Of a stretch of 64,000 bases of DNA, positions 22,641 to 35,791 are shown piece after piece. Each line of letters begins with the position of its first letter. Within the stretch, counting starts at the first letter, position 1. Source of the DNA: an uncultured delta proteobacterium (GTDB lineage: Bacteria; Myxococcota_A; UBA9160; UBA4427). The translations under genes and the position numbers were made by a program. The DNA lies in contig CAWGJT010000005.1 in the NCBI GenBank assembly GCA_963822965.1, positions 1,985,837 to 2,049,836 of the forward strand, read 5' to 3'. The notes beneath the pieces are model-generated. The model searched no databases. It had not been told where the DNA came from and saw nothing but the letters and a program-made list of their open reading frames with translations.

Positions 22641-23009
22641 TCACAGCCTGCGTGCGGTGGTCTTCCCGGTGAGCGTCACGAAGGGGCGCATGCGTTCGAG
22701 CATCGCCTCTCCGATCCCCTTCACGTCGAGCAGCTCGTCGACGTTCTTGAAGCCGCCGCGCTCCTTGCGCCTTGCGACGATCGCCACCGCGCGCACCTCG
22801 CCCACCCCGGGCAGCAGCTGCAGCTCTTCGGGAGTGGCCGTGTTGAGGTTCACCACCCCGTCGATGGATGCCGTGCGGCTGGGCGACGAAACCGGGTGAC
22901 TGGGCGGCTGGGCAGCGCGTCCACCCGATGCCGCCACGAGGGCGAGCGCGCACGCCACCAGGAGTCCCTGCACGGCGACGCGCCGCCAGGGATGCATGTT
23001 GCTGTTCAT
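22641..23009 (-). CDS. comEA: ComEA-family helix-hairpin-helix DNA-binding protein
   Basis: VNLNTATPEELQLLPGVG..F..VDELLDVKGIG; signal peptide. Confidence 0.85.
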   Translation of the reverse strand: MNSNMHPWRRVAVQGLLVACALALVAASGGRAAQPPSHPVSSPSRTASIDGVVNLNTATPEELQLLPGVGEVRAVAIVARRKERGGFKNVDELLDVKGIGEAMLERMRPFVTLTGKTTARRL

Positions 23010-23068
23010 CGTTCTGTCTCTCCGCGGGACCGCGGGGTGAGGGAACGAAGGACCCGGGCGCCGACCAG

Positions 23069-24235
23069 CTAGTAGTCCCGACCGGCCGCGTAGTCGGCGG
23101 CGGAGATCAGGGCCTGCTTGGCGGGGCCGTCCGGGAAGGCGGCGATCGAAGCGCGCGCCTTGGCGACGTGTTCCTCCGCGCGCCGGACGGTGTCCGCCAC
23201 GCCGTGATAGCGGCCCACCATCTCGACGACGGTGGTGAAATCGCTCGGCGACACCGGGTCGGGCCCGGTGGGCGAGGTGACGTCGAGCCCCTCGGCGTCG
23301 GCCCGGCGCGCGCGCTTGAGGACGCTCGAGACGAGCTCGCGCTCTCCCCCGGTGCATCGCTTCAGGGTGAGCAGCAGGGGCAGCGTGACCTTGCCCTCGT
23401 GCAGGTCGGTGTGGTCGCGCTTGCCGAGGGCGGTGGCGCTCGATTCGTAGTCGAGCGCATCGTCCCGAAGCTGGAAGGCGAGTCCGAGCTCGTGGCCGAA
23501 GTCGGCCACGCTGCGGCGTTCGCCTCGCGTGACGCCGCCGAGCAGCGCGCCCGACTCGCACGCCACGCTCAGCAGCGTGGCGCTCTTGCGGTCGATCACC
23601 TTGTAGTACTGCGCCTCGGTGGCGGCGACGTCGAAGCTGAACTCGAGCTGCAGGAGCTCGCCTTCCGCCATCAGGCGGATGGTGTCGGCGAAGCGCTCGA
23701 GGATCTCGACGCTGCCGTCCTCGATGATCATGTTCGAGGCGCGCGCGTAGAGGAAGTCACCGCCGAGCACCGCGCGCCGGTTTCCCCAGATGGCGTTGGC
23801 CGACGGCCGGCCCCGCCGCAGATCCGAGAAATCGACGACGTCGTCGTGAAGCAACGTGGCCGTGTGCAGCAGCTCGATGGCTGCGGCCACCTGCACGCGC
23901 CGCGGTCCCGTATACCCGCACAGCTCGGCGGCCAGCATCACGAGCGCGGGCCGCAGACGCTTGCCGCCCGAGGAGAGGACGTGATCGCCGATGGAGACCA
24001 TCAGCTCGCTCGGTCCGGCGAGCTGGTCGCGCATGGTGCGCTCGACCAGGTCGAGGCTCGGGGCGAGGCGCTTGAAGACGCCAGCGATCGCGCCGGAAAG
24101 CTCGCTCGGGGTTGCTCCGGCGGGCATGTCCCCGCTGGCGGCTCTCTCCAAGGGAGATGCCTCCAAGGGCGATGCGCCCGAGCTTCCGGAGCTCTGGCTC
24201 GGGGCGGGGCGCGAGGCCGTGGGGGGCTGCGTCAT
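23069..24235 (-). CDS. ispB: Polyprenyl diphosphate synthase (IspB-like); start uncertain
   Basis: GGKRLRP, LLHDDVVD, RRG, FQLRDDALD. Confidence 0.88.
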   Translation of the reverse strand: MTQPPTASRPAPSQSSGSSGASPLEASPLERAASGDMPAGATPSELSGAIAGVFKRLAPSLDLVERTMRDQLAGPSELMVSIGDHVLSSGGKRLRPALVMLAAELCGYTGPRRVQVAAAIELLHTATLLHDDVVDFSDLRRGRPSANAIWGNRRAVLGGDFLYARASNMIIEDGSVEILERFADTIRLMAEGELLQLEFSFDVAATEAQYYKVIDRKSATLLSVACESGALLGGVTRGERRSVADFGHELGLAFQLRDDALDYESSATALGKRDHTDLHEGKVTLPLLLTLKRCTGGERELVSSVLKRARRADAEGLDVTSPTGPDPVSPSDFTTVVEMVGRYHGVADTVRRAEEHVAKARASIAAFPDGPAKQALISAADYAAGRDY

Positions 24236-24441
24236 CGACCATCGAAGTTAGCCGCGCGCGGGGGGACTGTCAAAGCCCAGGAGCAAAGAAAGTGCAGGAA
24301 AAACAGAGGGTTAACGGAGGGTCACGCGAGTGTGTCCCAGCGGAATCGGACGGCCCCTCCACCGTAAACCGAACCGCTGCTCACCGGTCGACGGCGCGCT
24401 AGCCTGCCGGCCCGTCCCGTCGCTGCTCGAGGAGACTCCAC

Positions 24442-25518
24442 GTGATCGACTATGCACGACTGGCCCGCCGGGCGCTGGAAGGCGACGCGCCGAGCACCGA
24501 AGAGGCCGTTCACCTCATCGACGGCCCCGAGATCGAGCTCCTCCGGCTGGTCGACGCCGCCTACGCGCCGCGCCGCCACCACTTCGGCCGCAAGGTGATG
24601 GTGCACGTCCTGAACAACGTGCAGAACGGCCTTTGTCCCGAGGACTGCGGCTACTGCTCGCAGAACCGCGACTCCGCGGCGGCGATCCGCCAGTACCCGA
24701 TGAAGCCTCCCGAAGAGATCCTCGCCGAAGCAGAGCGGGCGGCCCGCGCGGGCGCCTCCCGCTATTGCATGGTGCTCTCGGGCCGGGGTCCGACGCTCGC
24801 GTACACCAGGCGTCTGGCAGAGGTGATCGCCGAGGTGAAGCGGCGATTCCCGGTGGAGGTGTGCCTCTCAGCGGGGCTGATCGACGACGAGAAGGCCGGC
24901 ATCCTCGCCCGCGCCGGCCTCGACCGCCTCAACCACAACCTGAACACCAGCGAGCGCCACTACCCGGCGATCTGCTCGACCCACGACTACGCGGATCGAC
25001 TGGCGACCCTCGAGGCGGCCCGCCGGAGCGGCATCCAGACCTGCAGCGGACTCATCATGGGCATGGGCGAGGAGACCGAGGACCTGGTCTCGGTGGCATT
25101 CCAGCTGCGCGCCCTCGAGGTCCCGTCCATCCCCGTCAACTTCCTGATCCCCATCGAGGGCAACCAGGTGACCCGGGACGGGAGCCTGACCCCGGAGCGG
25201 TGCCTGCGGGCGCTCTGCGTCATGCGGCTCGTCAACCCGTCGGCGGAGATCCGGGTGGCCGGGGGCCGGGAGGGCAACCTGCGCTGCCTGCAGCCGCTGG
25301 CCCTGTATCCCGCCAACTCGCTGTTCGTGGAGGGATACCTGACCACCCGGGGCGACGCCGTGGACGACACCTACGCGATGATCCGCGACGCCGGCTTCGA
25401 GGTGGAGGGCAACCCGCTCTACGATGCGGATGACGCGCGTTATGACGCGTTCCGCATCCCGGGCGGCGGAGACCAGCTCCTGCGACCCGAGGTCGCCCTC
25501 GAGTCCGCCAAGACCTGA
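24442..25518 (+). CDS. bioB: Biotin synthase
   Basis: CPEDCGYCSQ radical-SAM motif, NHNLNTS, CSGLIMGMGE, SIPVNFL, IRVAGGRE. Confidence 0.95.
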   Translation: MIDYARLARRALEGDAPSTEEAVHLIDGPEIELLRLVDAAYAPRRHHFGRKVMVHVLNNVQNGLCPEDCGYCSQNRDSAAAIRQYPMKPPEEILAEAERAARAGASRYCMVLSGRGPTLAYTRRLAEVIAEVKRRFPVEVCLSAGLIDDEKAGILARAGLDRLNHNLNTSERHYPAICSTHDYADRLATLEAARRSGIQTCSGLIMGMGEETEDLVSVAFQLRALEVPSIPVNFLIPIEGNQVTRDGSLTPERCLRALCVMRLVNPSAEIRVAGGREGNLRCLQPLALYPANSLFVEGYLTTRGDAVDDTYAMIRDAGFEVEGNPLYDADDARYDAFRIPGGGDQLLRPEVALESAKT

Positions 25519-25742
25519 GCTCCGGGCCCCAGGGCCGCTCAGGGCTTGCTTCGCCTCGCCGGAGGGCCGACGACGCGCGATGACGCGCGTCGAAGAAGAA
25601 CACGGGCCACCGCGTCATCGAGACCGGCGAGGTCGGCGTGACGCGCGTCATCCCAGCCTCGGACCCCCATCCCCGTCCCGAGACGATCCGGGTCTAAAGA
25701 CCAACGGGCCATCGGACGATCAGCCTCCGGGGGAGGCCGGTC

Positions 25743-26303
25743 TTGGCGGCAGCCGACGACGAGCTACGAGCGCTCGAGGGCAAGCTCAACACGCTGAAGC
25801 TCGACTACGAGCGTTACTTCCTGGGCTCCCGGCCCCGGGAGCCGGTCATGCTGCGCCAGGAGATCCAGAAGACGGTGACGCTCTGGGCCAACCAGCCCAT
25901 CCAGAACACCGCCGTGCGGTTCAAGTTCAACTCCATCCAATCCCGCTACCAGGCCCTCAAGCGCCAGTGGGACAGCATCCTCCGCCAGATGGAGGCGGGC
26001 ACCTACAAGCGCGACGTGTTCCGGGCCAACATCCGGGAGAAGGGTCGCCCTCCCGCCGGCGGGCGATCGGCCGAACGCGCCGCGGCCTCGGCGAATGCCG
26101 GGCAGGCGCTCCTCGAGAGCTACCGCGAGGCCGCCCAGGCCTGTGGCCAGAGCGTGAGCGGCCTGAGCGCCCAGAAGCTGCAAGCGGTGGTCGACAAGCA
26201 GACGGCGGCCCTGCGGGCGAAGACGGGCTGCAAGGACGTGAGCTTCCGGGTGGTCGTGAAGGACGGCAAGGCGAAGCTCAAGGCCGCACCCGTCCGGAAG
26301 TGA
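25743..26303 (+). CDS. Myxobacterial MXAN_5187 C-terminal-domain-like protein
   Basis: YERYFLG.RPREP..NTAVRFKF..QW..ILRQMEAGTYKR and VSFRVVVKDGKAKLKA; GGAGG RBS before TTG. Confidence 0.7.
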   Translation: MAAADDELRALEGKLNTLKLDYERYFLGSRPREPVMLRQEIQKTVTLWANQPIQNTAVRFKFNSIQSRYQALKRQWDSILRQMEAGTYKRDVFRANIREKGRPPAGGRSAERAAASANAGQALLESYREAAQACGQSVSGLSAQKLQAVVDKQTAALRAKTGCKDVSFRVVVKDGKAKLKAAPVRK

Positions 26304-26361
26304 GCCCGCGCCACACAGGGGCACCGCCGAGAAGCATGGCCCGCACCCAAAGCACCCGGCT

Positions 26362-26382
26362 GGCGAGTCCTTCGGATTCGCC
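26362..26382. repeat. REP-like palindrome 3' of atpC
   Basis: GGCGAGTCC-TTC-GGATTCGCC. Confidence 0.7.
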
Positions 26383-26384
26383 GG

Positions 26385-26795
26385 TCACCGCCTGGCGGCG
26401 ACCGCCAGCTGGGCCTTCGCCCGGGCTAGCTCCTCCTCGAGCTCGCGGCGGCGCGCGGCGTGCTCTTCGTCCTGGGCCAGGGAGCCCAGCTCGAGCGTGC
26501 AGTTCTCCTCGCGGGCCCGCGCAGCGTCGGCGTCGATCTCCTCGGCGCGGAGCATCGAGCCCACCATCACGACGACCCGTTCGGGACCCACCTCTGCGAA
26601 GCCGTCGGAGACCGCCGAGAGCTCGGAGCTCCCGCCCTTGCGGATCTCCATGCAGCCGTGGTCGAGCGCGGACAGGAAGTGCTCGTGGTTCTCGAGCACC
26701 CCGAACTCGCCCTCGCTGCCCGGCAGCACGACCTCGTCCACGGGTCCCGCGTAGGTCTGGCCCTCGGGCGTCACGACCACCAGCTCGATCGGCAT
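26385..26795 (-). CDS. atpC: ATP synthase epsilon
   Basis: LVVVTPE, PGSEGEFGVLENH, GFAEV. Confidence 0.95.
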   Translation of the reverse strand: MPIELVVVTPEGQTYAGPVDEVVLPGSEGEFGVLENHEHFLSALDHGCMEIRKGGSSELSAVSDGFAEVGPERVVVMVGSMLRAEEIDADAARAREENCTLELGSLAQDEEHAARRRELEEELARAKAQLAVAARR

Positions 26796-26846
26796 CGGTC
26801 TCTTCCCCTTGCTGCTTCGCGAACCGCGCGCGGGCGCGGGAGCGTT

Positions 26847-29215
<2,369 letters not shown>

Positions 29216-29220
29216 CCCGT

Positions 29221-30765
29221 CTAGGCCGCCTCGCCGTGGGCCGCCGGCTGGAACACCTTCGCGAACTCGTCGAGCGCCGAGGCGAGCCGGCTCGCGGTGT
29301 CGGCCTCGAGCTTTCCGCTGGTGCGGATCGTATCCAGGATGTCGGCGTGGTGCTCGACCATGTGCCGGAGCATCTCGCGCTCGTAGCGACTCACGTCGCT
29401 CACGGGCAGGTCCCGGATCCACGACTTGCGGCCCTGCTGGGGCGTCGCTGAGAAGATCGAGACCACCTGCTGCTCCACCGGCATCGGGGCGTACTGGCCC
29501 TGCTTCAGGATCTCCACCTGGCGGTCGCCGTTCGCCAGCTGCTCCTGGGTGGCGGCGTCGAGATCGCTGCCGAACTGCGCGAAGGCCGCCTTCTCGCGGT
29601 ACTGGGCGAGGGACAGCTTCAGGGTGCCGGCCACGCTCTTCATCGCCTTCGTCTGGGCCGCCCCACCCACGCGAGACACCGAGATGCCCACGTTGATGGC
29701 GGGACGGATGCCCGAGTTGAACAGATCCGTCTCGAGGAAGATCTGGCCATCGGTGATGGAGATGACGTTGGTCGGGATGTACGCCGACACGTCGCCCGCC
29801 TGGGTCTCGATGATGGGCAGCGCCGTGAGGCTGCCGCCGCCGAGGCTGTCGTTGAGCTTCGCCGCCCGCTCGAGCAGCCGCGAGTGCAGGTAGAAGACGT
29901 CGCCGGGGTAGGCCTCGCGCCCCGGAGGCCGACGCAGCAGCAGCGACAGCTGCCGGTAGGCCACCGCCTGCTTGGACAGATCGTCGTACACGATGAGCGC
30001 GTGCTTGCCGTTGTCGCGGAACCACTCCCCCATCGTGCACCCCGAGTAGGGGGCGATGAACTGGAGGGGCGCCGGCTCGGCCGCGGTCGCGGCGACCACG
30101 ATGGTGTACTCCATGGCGCCGTGCTGCTGCAGCTTCTGCACCACCTGCGCCACGGTGGACTGCTTCTGTCCGATGGCCACATAGATGCAGAAGACGTCCG
30201 TATTCTTCTGGTTGATGATGGTGTCGATGGCGATGGCGGTCTTGCCGGTCTGGCGGTCGCCGATGATGAGCTCGCGCTGTCCGCGGCCGATGGGCACCAT
30301 GCCGTCGATGGCCTTGATGCCCGTCTGCAGCGACTCGTTGACCGACTTGCGGGTGACGATGCCGGGCGCCTTGACCTCGACCTGGCGGCTCTCGCTGCTT
30401 TCGATGGGGCCCTTGCCGTCGATGGGCTGGCCCAGAGCGTCGACGACCCGGCCGAGCAGCGCCTCGCCGACGGGCACCTCGATGATCTTGCCCGTGCGCT
30501 TGACGATGTCGCCTTCCCGGATGTGTTGCGAATCGGCCATGATGGCGATGCCGACGTTGTCCTCCTCGAGGTTGAGCACCATGCCCCGTTCGCCGTGCGC
30601 GAACTCCACCAGCTCGCCCGCCAGGGCGTTCTCGAGCCCGTAGACGCGCGCGATGCCGTCGCCGGCCATCAGGACGGTGCCGGTCTCGGCCACGTCGATC
30701 TGGCGGTCGTAGTCGCGGATCTCGCGCCGCAGGATGTCGGTGATCTCGCCGGGCTTGATGTTCAT
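29221..30765 (-). CDS. atpA: ATP synthase alpha
   Basis: [29 protein letters not shown]. Confidence 0.99.
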   Translation of the reverse strand: MNIKPGEITDILRREIRDYDRQIDVAETGTVLMAGDGIARVYGLENALAGELVEFAHGERGMVLNLEEDNVGIAIMADSQHIREGDIVKRTGKIIEVPVGEALLGRVVDALGQPIDGKGPIESSESRQVEVKAPGIVTRKSVNESLQTGIKAIDGMVPIGRGQRELIIGDRQTGKTAIAIDTIINQKNTDVFCIYVAIGQKQSTVAQVVQKLQQHGAMEYTIVVAATAAEPAPLQFIAPYSGCTMGEWFRDNGKHALIVYDDLSKQAVAYRQLSLLLRRPPGREAYPGDVFYLHSRLLERAAKLNDSLGGGSLTALPIIETQAGDVSAYIPTNVISITDGQIFLETDLFNSGIRPAINVGISVSRVGGAAQTKAMKSVAGTLKLSLAQYREKAAFAQFGSDLDAATQEQLANGDRQVEILKQGQYAPMPVEQQVVSIFSATPQQGRKSWIRDLPVSDVSRYEREMLRHMVEHHADILDTIRTSGKLEADTASRLASALDEFAKVFQPAAHGEAA

Positions 30766-30768
30766 CGC

Positions 30769-31314
30769 TCAGGATTCCTTCGTGAGGTTGGCGCGCAGCT
30801 GGTCGAGCTGCGCGCGGATGCTGCCGTCGAAGACCAGGTCGCCGACGCGCGCGATGGCGCCGCCGATGAGGCTCTCATCGAGCTCCACCTCGAGACGGAC
30901 CTCGAAGCCCGTGCGCGCCGAGAGCGCGCGCCGGAGGCGATCGCGCCGACGTTCGTCGAGGGGCGTCGCCGAGACGACCTCGGCGGTCACGAGGCCCGAG
31001 TCGACGTCCACCAGTCGGACGTACTCGGCGTGGATGCCAGGGAAGTCGACGAGGCGCCGCTGGTCGATCAGGTAGCTGTAGAAGTTGGTGACGAGGCCCG
31101 AAATCCCCGCGCGCTCGGCCACGCTCTGCAGCACGGCGCGCCTCTCCTTCACGGGATAGAGCGGGGTGAGCAGGGCGTTGCGGAGCTCGGGGCTGGATGC
31201 GAACAGCTCCACCAGGGTGTCGAGCTCGGCACGGATCTCCTTGGTCTTGTGGGCCTCCTTCGCGAGCGCGAAGAGGGCGCGTGCATAGCGGCGGCCGGCA
31301 CCCGAGCTCTTCAT
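30769..31314 (-). CDS. atpH: ATP synthase delta
   Basis: RRYARALF, DESLIGG..VGDLVFDGS. Confidence 0.95.
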   Translation of the reverse strand: MKSSGAGRRYARALFALAKEAHKTKEIRAELDTLVELFASSPELRNALLTPLYPVKERRAVLQSVAERAGISGLVTNFYSYLIDQRRLVDFPGIHAEYVRLVDVDSGLVTAEVVSATPLDERRRDRLRRALSARTGFEVRLEVELDESLIGGAIARVGDLVFDGSIRAQLDQLRANLTKES

Positions 31315-31327
31315 GCTTCCTCCGTGC

Positions 31328-31942
31328 TCAGCTGGCCTGGGGCTCGACGCGCGTGATGAACTCGTCCATCAGCCGCTCGCGGTCGGTTTCCACCAGGCGT
31401 TCGCGCAGGATGCGCTCGGCCATCTCCGTGGCCAGCTCGGCAGCCTCCCGCCGCAGCTCGGCCTGGGCGCGGCGCAGCTCGTGCTCCACGGCCGCCTCGG
31501 CGTCGCTCTGGATGCGTTCGGCGGCGGCCTGGGCCTCGGCGAGGATCGTCGCCGCCTCCTCCTCCGCGTGCCGGCGCCCCTCGTTGCGGATGACCTGGCT
31601 GTCCCGCTCGAGGTCGATCAGCTTGCGCTGCCACTCTCCGTAGCGCGCCTCGGCCTGGGCGAGCAGCTCGGCGGCGTCCTTCAGGTCGGTCTGGATCTGG
31701 CCGCGCCGGGCTTCGAAGAAGTCGCGGATCGGCTCGCGGGCGAAGTAGACGAGCGCGCCCACGACGATCGCCAGGTTCAGGAAGTGCAGCAGCAGCTCCT
31801 GCAGGCCGCCGCCGGCATGCGCCTCCTCGGAGGCGAACGCCGGCTCGGCCGTGCCGAACGCGACGAGGGCGACCGTGCCAAACGCGACGAGGGCGACCGC
31901 GAGCAGCGAGCACACCCGCGGCTGGATCCGTCGGGCGGACAT
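31328..31942 (-). CDS. atpF: ATP synthase Fo subunit b
   Basis: TM segment, PIRDFFEARR, coiled coil; operon position; TGATG overlap. Confidence 0.9.
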   Translation of the reverse strand: MSARRIQPRVCSLLAVALVAFGTVALVAFGTAEPAFASEEAHAGGGLQELLLHFLNLAIVVGALVYFAREPIRDFFEARRGQIQTDLKDAAELLAQAEARYGEWQRKLIDLERDSQVIRNEGRRHAEEEAATILAEAQAAAERIQSDAEAAVEHELRRAQAELRREAAELATEMAERILRERLVETDRERLMDEFITRVEPQAS

Positions 31943-32520
31943 CACGAGAGACTCCGGCCGAGAATTCGTTCTGCGGCGAGATCCGCCAGCTCGCTCGCGC
32001 TCGCGCGCAGCGAGTCCCGTGCCTGGGAGAGCGATCCCTGGAGCTCCTGCCGCGCCCGCACGAGCTCCTGCTCGGCGTCCTGCCTCGCCTGCTGGGTGAC
32101 GGACTGCAGCTCGGCGCGTGCCACGTCGAGCTTCTGGCGCCGCTCCGCGGAGGCTTCCTGGTAGGCCTCGCGAATCGCGTCCTCGTATCGCTGCAGCGAC
32201 TCCTGGGCCTGGACCTGCACGCGCTCGGCACGGCGCCGCGCCCCGGCGATCCGCTCCTCGCGCTCGTCCATCACCCGGAGCAGCGGCCGGAAGATGAGGT
32301 GGTTGAGCGGCAGGATGAGGACGAGAAACGCCACGAACAGGACACCGGTGACCACCAGGTCGGGGGTGAGCTCGAGGGTCTCGGACGCACTCGCCGGCAG
32401 GGCGACCAGCAGCGACGCGAGCACCGCGCGCAGCACGACGCGCGAGCGCGAGCCGCACCCGTCGCAGGCGCGGCGGCGCGCGGCCGCTGCGGAATTCGCG
32501 TCTAGGGATGTCAATCGCAT
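31942..32520 (-). CDS. ATP synthase Fo subunit b'; start uncertain
   Basis: LNHLIFRPLLRVMDERE plus coiled coil. Confidence 0.85.
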   Translation of the reverse strand: MRLTSLDANSAAAARRRACDGCGSRSRVVLRAVLASLLVALPASASETLELTPDLVVTGVLFVAFLVLILPLNHLIFRPLLRVMDEREERIAGARRRAERVQVQAQESLQRYEDAIREAYQEASAERRQKLDVARAELQSVTQQARQDAEQELVRARQELQGSLSQARDSLRASASELADLAAERILGRSLS

Positions 32521-32842
32521 CACTCCCTGAAGTGATCCCCAGAAGGTCGTGTCACGAAATGGTCGTCTCGCGGGAGAGCATCCTACGAAAGCGCCCCCGG
32601 TGGCCTGCCACAACGCAGCCAAACGCTGCACGGCGGGGCGTCGCGTGCGACCTTCGAGACCCCCGAAGCGCCCGGGGAAAGACACGCCGAGCCGACCGCC
32701 GCGGGATCTTCGCCCCGAGGCTCCACCCGGCGACCTCGCCACTGCCGCTTCCGTTCCGGGGTTCTCTGGCGCGCGGGAGTCTGGCATAACCAGCCGCCCG
32801 CCGCATGGGATCTCGCCCTCGATCCCGCTCGGCCGGCAGCCC

Positions 32843-33253
32843 TCAGGCCTGCGGGGTGGCGTCCAGCGTCTCGCAGCGCCCGTCGAGCACGCAGCCGTCC
32901 TCCATGGAGACACGGGGAGCCCGGACCACGCCGCGCACCCGCGCCGTGCGCAGCAGCTGGATTCGCCGGCGCGCGGTGGCCTCGCCTTCGAGCACCCCGC
33001 CCACGATCAGCTCGTCCACCTCTATGGTGCCGACCACGCGGGCGGTCTCCCCCAGGCGCAGGGTGCCGCGACACAGGATCTGGCCCTCCACCTCCCCGTT
33101 CACCTGGCCCCGGCCGCGGAACGTGACCAGGCCCTCGAAGCGGCCGGAAGCGCCCACCACCACCGGGCCGGCATCCACGGCCTCCGCGGCCGGGCGCTCT
33201 CCGACCGCGGCGGGGGGAGTCTCGCGACCCGAGGGATGAAGGCTCGCGCTCAT
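32843..33253 (-). CDS. Bactofilin (polymer-forming cytoskeletal protein)
   Basis: FEG.VTF.G..QVNGEVEG.I...G.L.LG..ARV.G beta-helix repeats. Confidence 0.88.
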   Translation of the reverse strand: MSASLHPSGRETPPAAVGERPAAEAVDAGPVVVGASGRFEGLVTFRGRGQVNGEVEGQILCRGTLRLGETARVVGTIEVDELIVGGVLEGEATARRRIQLLRTARVRGVVRAPRVSMEDGCVLDGRCETLDATPQA

Positions 33254-34177
33254 CTAGAGCCCTTCCAGGATGAGCCGCGTGATGCGGTCGAGATCCTCTT
33301 CGCTGGTGTACTCGATCTCGATCCGCCCGCTCGCGGCCGATCCCAGGATGCGTACCCGCGACTGGAAGTGGCGTTCCAGCATGTCGCCCAGTGCTCGCAG
33401 GTGGGGGTTGCTGGTGGCGGCGGCCTCGGAGCTGCGCGCCCGGGCCTTGCGAGGGGTGGCGCGCGCCGGGCCGGCGATCTCGCGGCCGAGCTGCTCCGTC
33501 TCGCGCACGGACAGGCGCTCCGCCAGGACGCGCTCGCGCAGGGTCCGCCGGCGCTCGGGCTCGACCACCTGCAGCAGCGCCTTGGCGTGGCCCATGCTGA
33601 GCCGTCCCGCCTCCACGTCCTCCTGGATCTCCACGGAGAGCTCCAGCAGACGTAGGTGATTGGCAACGCTCGAGCGGTCCTTGCCCACCCGGCGGCCGAT
33701 CTCGTCCTGGGTGGCACCTCGCTCGGCGAGGGCGCGATAGGCGCACGCCAGCTCGATGGGATTCAGATCGTGTCGCTGCACGTTCTCGACGATCGCGAGC
33801 TCGAGTCGATCGCCCGGATCGACGTCGGCGATGACCGCCGGAATGGTCTCGAGCCCCGCCTGGCGCGACGCACGCCAGCGTCGCTCACCCACGATCAGCT
33901 CGTAGCGGTCGCCCGCGCGACGCACGACGACCGGCTGCAGGAGTCCGCTGCGCGCGATCGAGGCCGCGAGCTCGGCGAGCCGCTCCGGGTCGAAGACGCG
34001 TCGCGGCTGGTCCGGGTTCGGATCGATGCGATCGACGCGAATGCGCGGGAGCTCGCCGGCTTCGCCGGCCGCAGCCGGAGCGCGTCCGGGCTCGTCCTCC
34101 GCGCTCGAAGTCGAACGCGGTGCAGAGGGAAGCAGAGCCCCGAGGCCTCGGCCGAGGGCATTGCGCTGCGCGCTCAT
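33254..34177 (-). CDS. parB: Chromosome partitioning protein ParB
   Basis: LGRGLGALL, PNPDQPRR, GERRWRA, ENVQRHDLNPIE. Confidence 0.96.
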   Translation of the reverse strand: MSAQRNALGRGLGALLPSAPRSTSSAEDEPGRAPAAAGEAGELPRIRVDRIDPNPDQPRRVFDPERLAELAASIARSGLLQPVVVRRAGDRYELIVGERRWRASRQAGLETIPAVIADVDPGDRLELAIVENVQRHDLNPIELACAYRALAERGATQDEIGRRVGKDRSSVANHLRLLELSVEIQEDVEAGRLSMGHAKALLQVVEPERRRTLRERVLAERLSVRETEQLGREIAGPARATPRKARARSSEAAATSNPHLRALGDMLERHFQSRVRILGSAASGRIEIEYTSEEDLDRITRLILEGL

Positions 34178-35073
34178 GAGTCTTCACCTCGAGCGATCGC
34201 GTCGTCGGCCTCGGGCCAGGACACGTCGGGAAGCTGGGGGGTTTCGAGCGCCGGCCGCGGCGCGGACGACACCAGGGGCGGCGGCGGCTTGCGCGGCGCG
34301 TCCGAGAGCTGCAGCCCGGCCAGGATCTCCTCGGCCAGTCGCAGGTAGGCGACGGCGCCGCGCGATTGGATGTCGTACAGGATGATGGGCTTGCCGTGGC
34401 TGGGGGCTTCGCTGAGCCGCACGTTTCTTGGGATGCGGGTGCGGTAGACCTTGCCGCCGAAGTGGCTGCGCACCTCGGCCTCGACCTGCCGGCTCAGGTT
34501 GTTCCGCAGGTCCACCATCGTGAGCACGATGCCCTCGAGTCGGAGGCCCGGGTTCAGGTGCTCGCGCACCAGCTCGATGGTGTCGATGAGCCGCGCCAGA
34601 CCCTCGAGCGCGTAGTACTCGCACTGCATGGGGAGGATGATCGAGTCCGCCGCGGTGAGGGCATTGAGGGTGAGCAGCCCGAGGGAGGGTGGGCAGTCGA
34701 TCACCACGATCTCGTAGGACTCCCGAAGCTCGGCGAGCGCCGACTCCAGGCGGCGCTCCCGGCTCATCGCGGACACGAGCTCGATCTCGGCGCCCACGAG
34801 GTCGGGGCCTGCGGGCACGACGTGCAAGTGGCTGAGCGCCGTCGGGACCACCGCTTCCTTCATGACGCAGCTTCCGATGAGCGCGTCGTAGATCTGACGC
34901 TCTGCGTTGCTGATCCCGAAGGCGCTGGAGGCGTTCCCCTGGGGGTCCAAGTCGATCAGGAGCGTGGCTCGCTCCGAGGCCGCGAAGCAGGCCGCGAGGT
35001 TCACGGCTGTGGTGGTTTTACCCACACCACCTTTCTGGTTGACGACTGCGATCACCCGGCTTCTAGCAGCCAT
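34174..35073 (-). CDS. parA: Chromosome partitioning ATPase ParA
   Basis: NQKGGVGKTT, DLDPQGN, DCPPSLG, IPRNVRLSEAPSHG. Confidence 0.96.
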   Translation of the reverse strand: MAARSRVIAVVNQKGGVGKTTTAVNLAACFAASERATLLIDLDPQGNASSAFGISNAERQIYDALIGSCVMKEAVVPTALSHLHVVPAGPDLVGAEIELVSAMSRERRLESALAELRESYEIVVIDCPPSLGLLTLNALTAADSIILPMQCEYYALEGLARLIDTIELVREHLNPGLRLEGIVLTMVDLRNNLSRQVEAEVRSHFGGKVYRTRIPRNVRLSEAPSHGKPIILYDIQSRGAVAYLRLAEEILAGLQLSDAPRKPPPPLVSSAPRPALETPQLPDVSWPEADDAIARGEDS

Positions 35074-35170
35074 CCCTGGCACCCCCACCGGCCGGATAGG
35101 TACCACACGAGGTCCGCGAGCGTCCACGCGCATTCGCGCATCCGCCGCGAGTTTCGGAGCGGGATGCGGC

Positions 35171-35791
35171 TCAACGCGCTCTGGCGATCCACAGGGAGCG
35201 GGTGGGACCGCCGGCGGGCACCTGGTAGGAGGAGATCTCGCTGCTCGAGACACCCGGGTGCTCGACGGTGCGCGGCACCGTTCCACCCGGAACGGCGAGG
35301 GTGGCGCCGGGAAGCGACCAGCGGAGCATCCAGGCCACGAGGCGGTCGGGGGCGGCCACCGCCTGGGCGACCACGAGCTCGCTCGGGACGGGCTCGAGCT
35401 CCTCGAAGCGGCCGCGCAGCGCCCGGACGTTTCGCAGACCCAGAGCCCGAATCGCGTGGCGTTGGAAGTGGTGACGCCGCTCCCGGGCCTCGACGAGCAC
35501 CACGGACCGATCGGGGTGCAGGATTGCCATGGGGAGACCGGGAAAGCCCGCCCCGGAGCCCAGGTCTGCCAGGCTTCCGGCCGCGGGGAGGGCCGCGTCC
35601 AGGGCGGCGGCGTCCAGAACGAGCCGACCCACGACGGACTCCGGGGTCGGGTCTCCGGTCAGGTTGATCCGCTCCCCCCAACGCGAGACCTGCACGGCAA
35701 GCTCGAGGAGCTGCGGGATCGCCTCGTCGGGAGGCGAGAGGGAGAGCTCCGCAAGGCCCTCGCGGAGGATCGATTCGGCAGGCTCGGGCAC
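35171..35791 (-). CDS. rsmG: 16S rRNA m7G527 methyltransferase
   Basis: INLT, DLGSGAGFPGLP; position before parA. Confidence 0.9.
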   Translation of the reverse strand: MPEPAESILREGLAELSLSPPDEAIPQLLELAVQVSRWGERINLTGDPTPESVVGRLVLDAAALDAALPAAGSLADLGSGAGFPGLPMAILHPDRSVVLVEARERRHHFQRHAIRALGLRNVRALRGRFEELEPVPSELVVAQAVAAPDRLVAWMLRWSLPGATLAVPGGTVPRTVEHPGVSSSEISSYQVPAGGPTRSLWIARAR

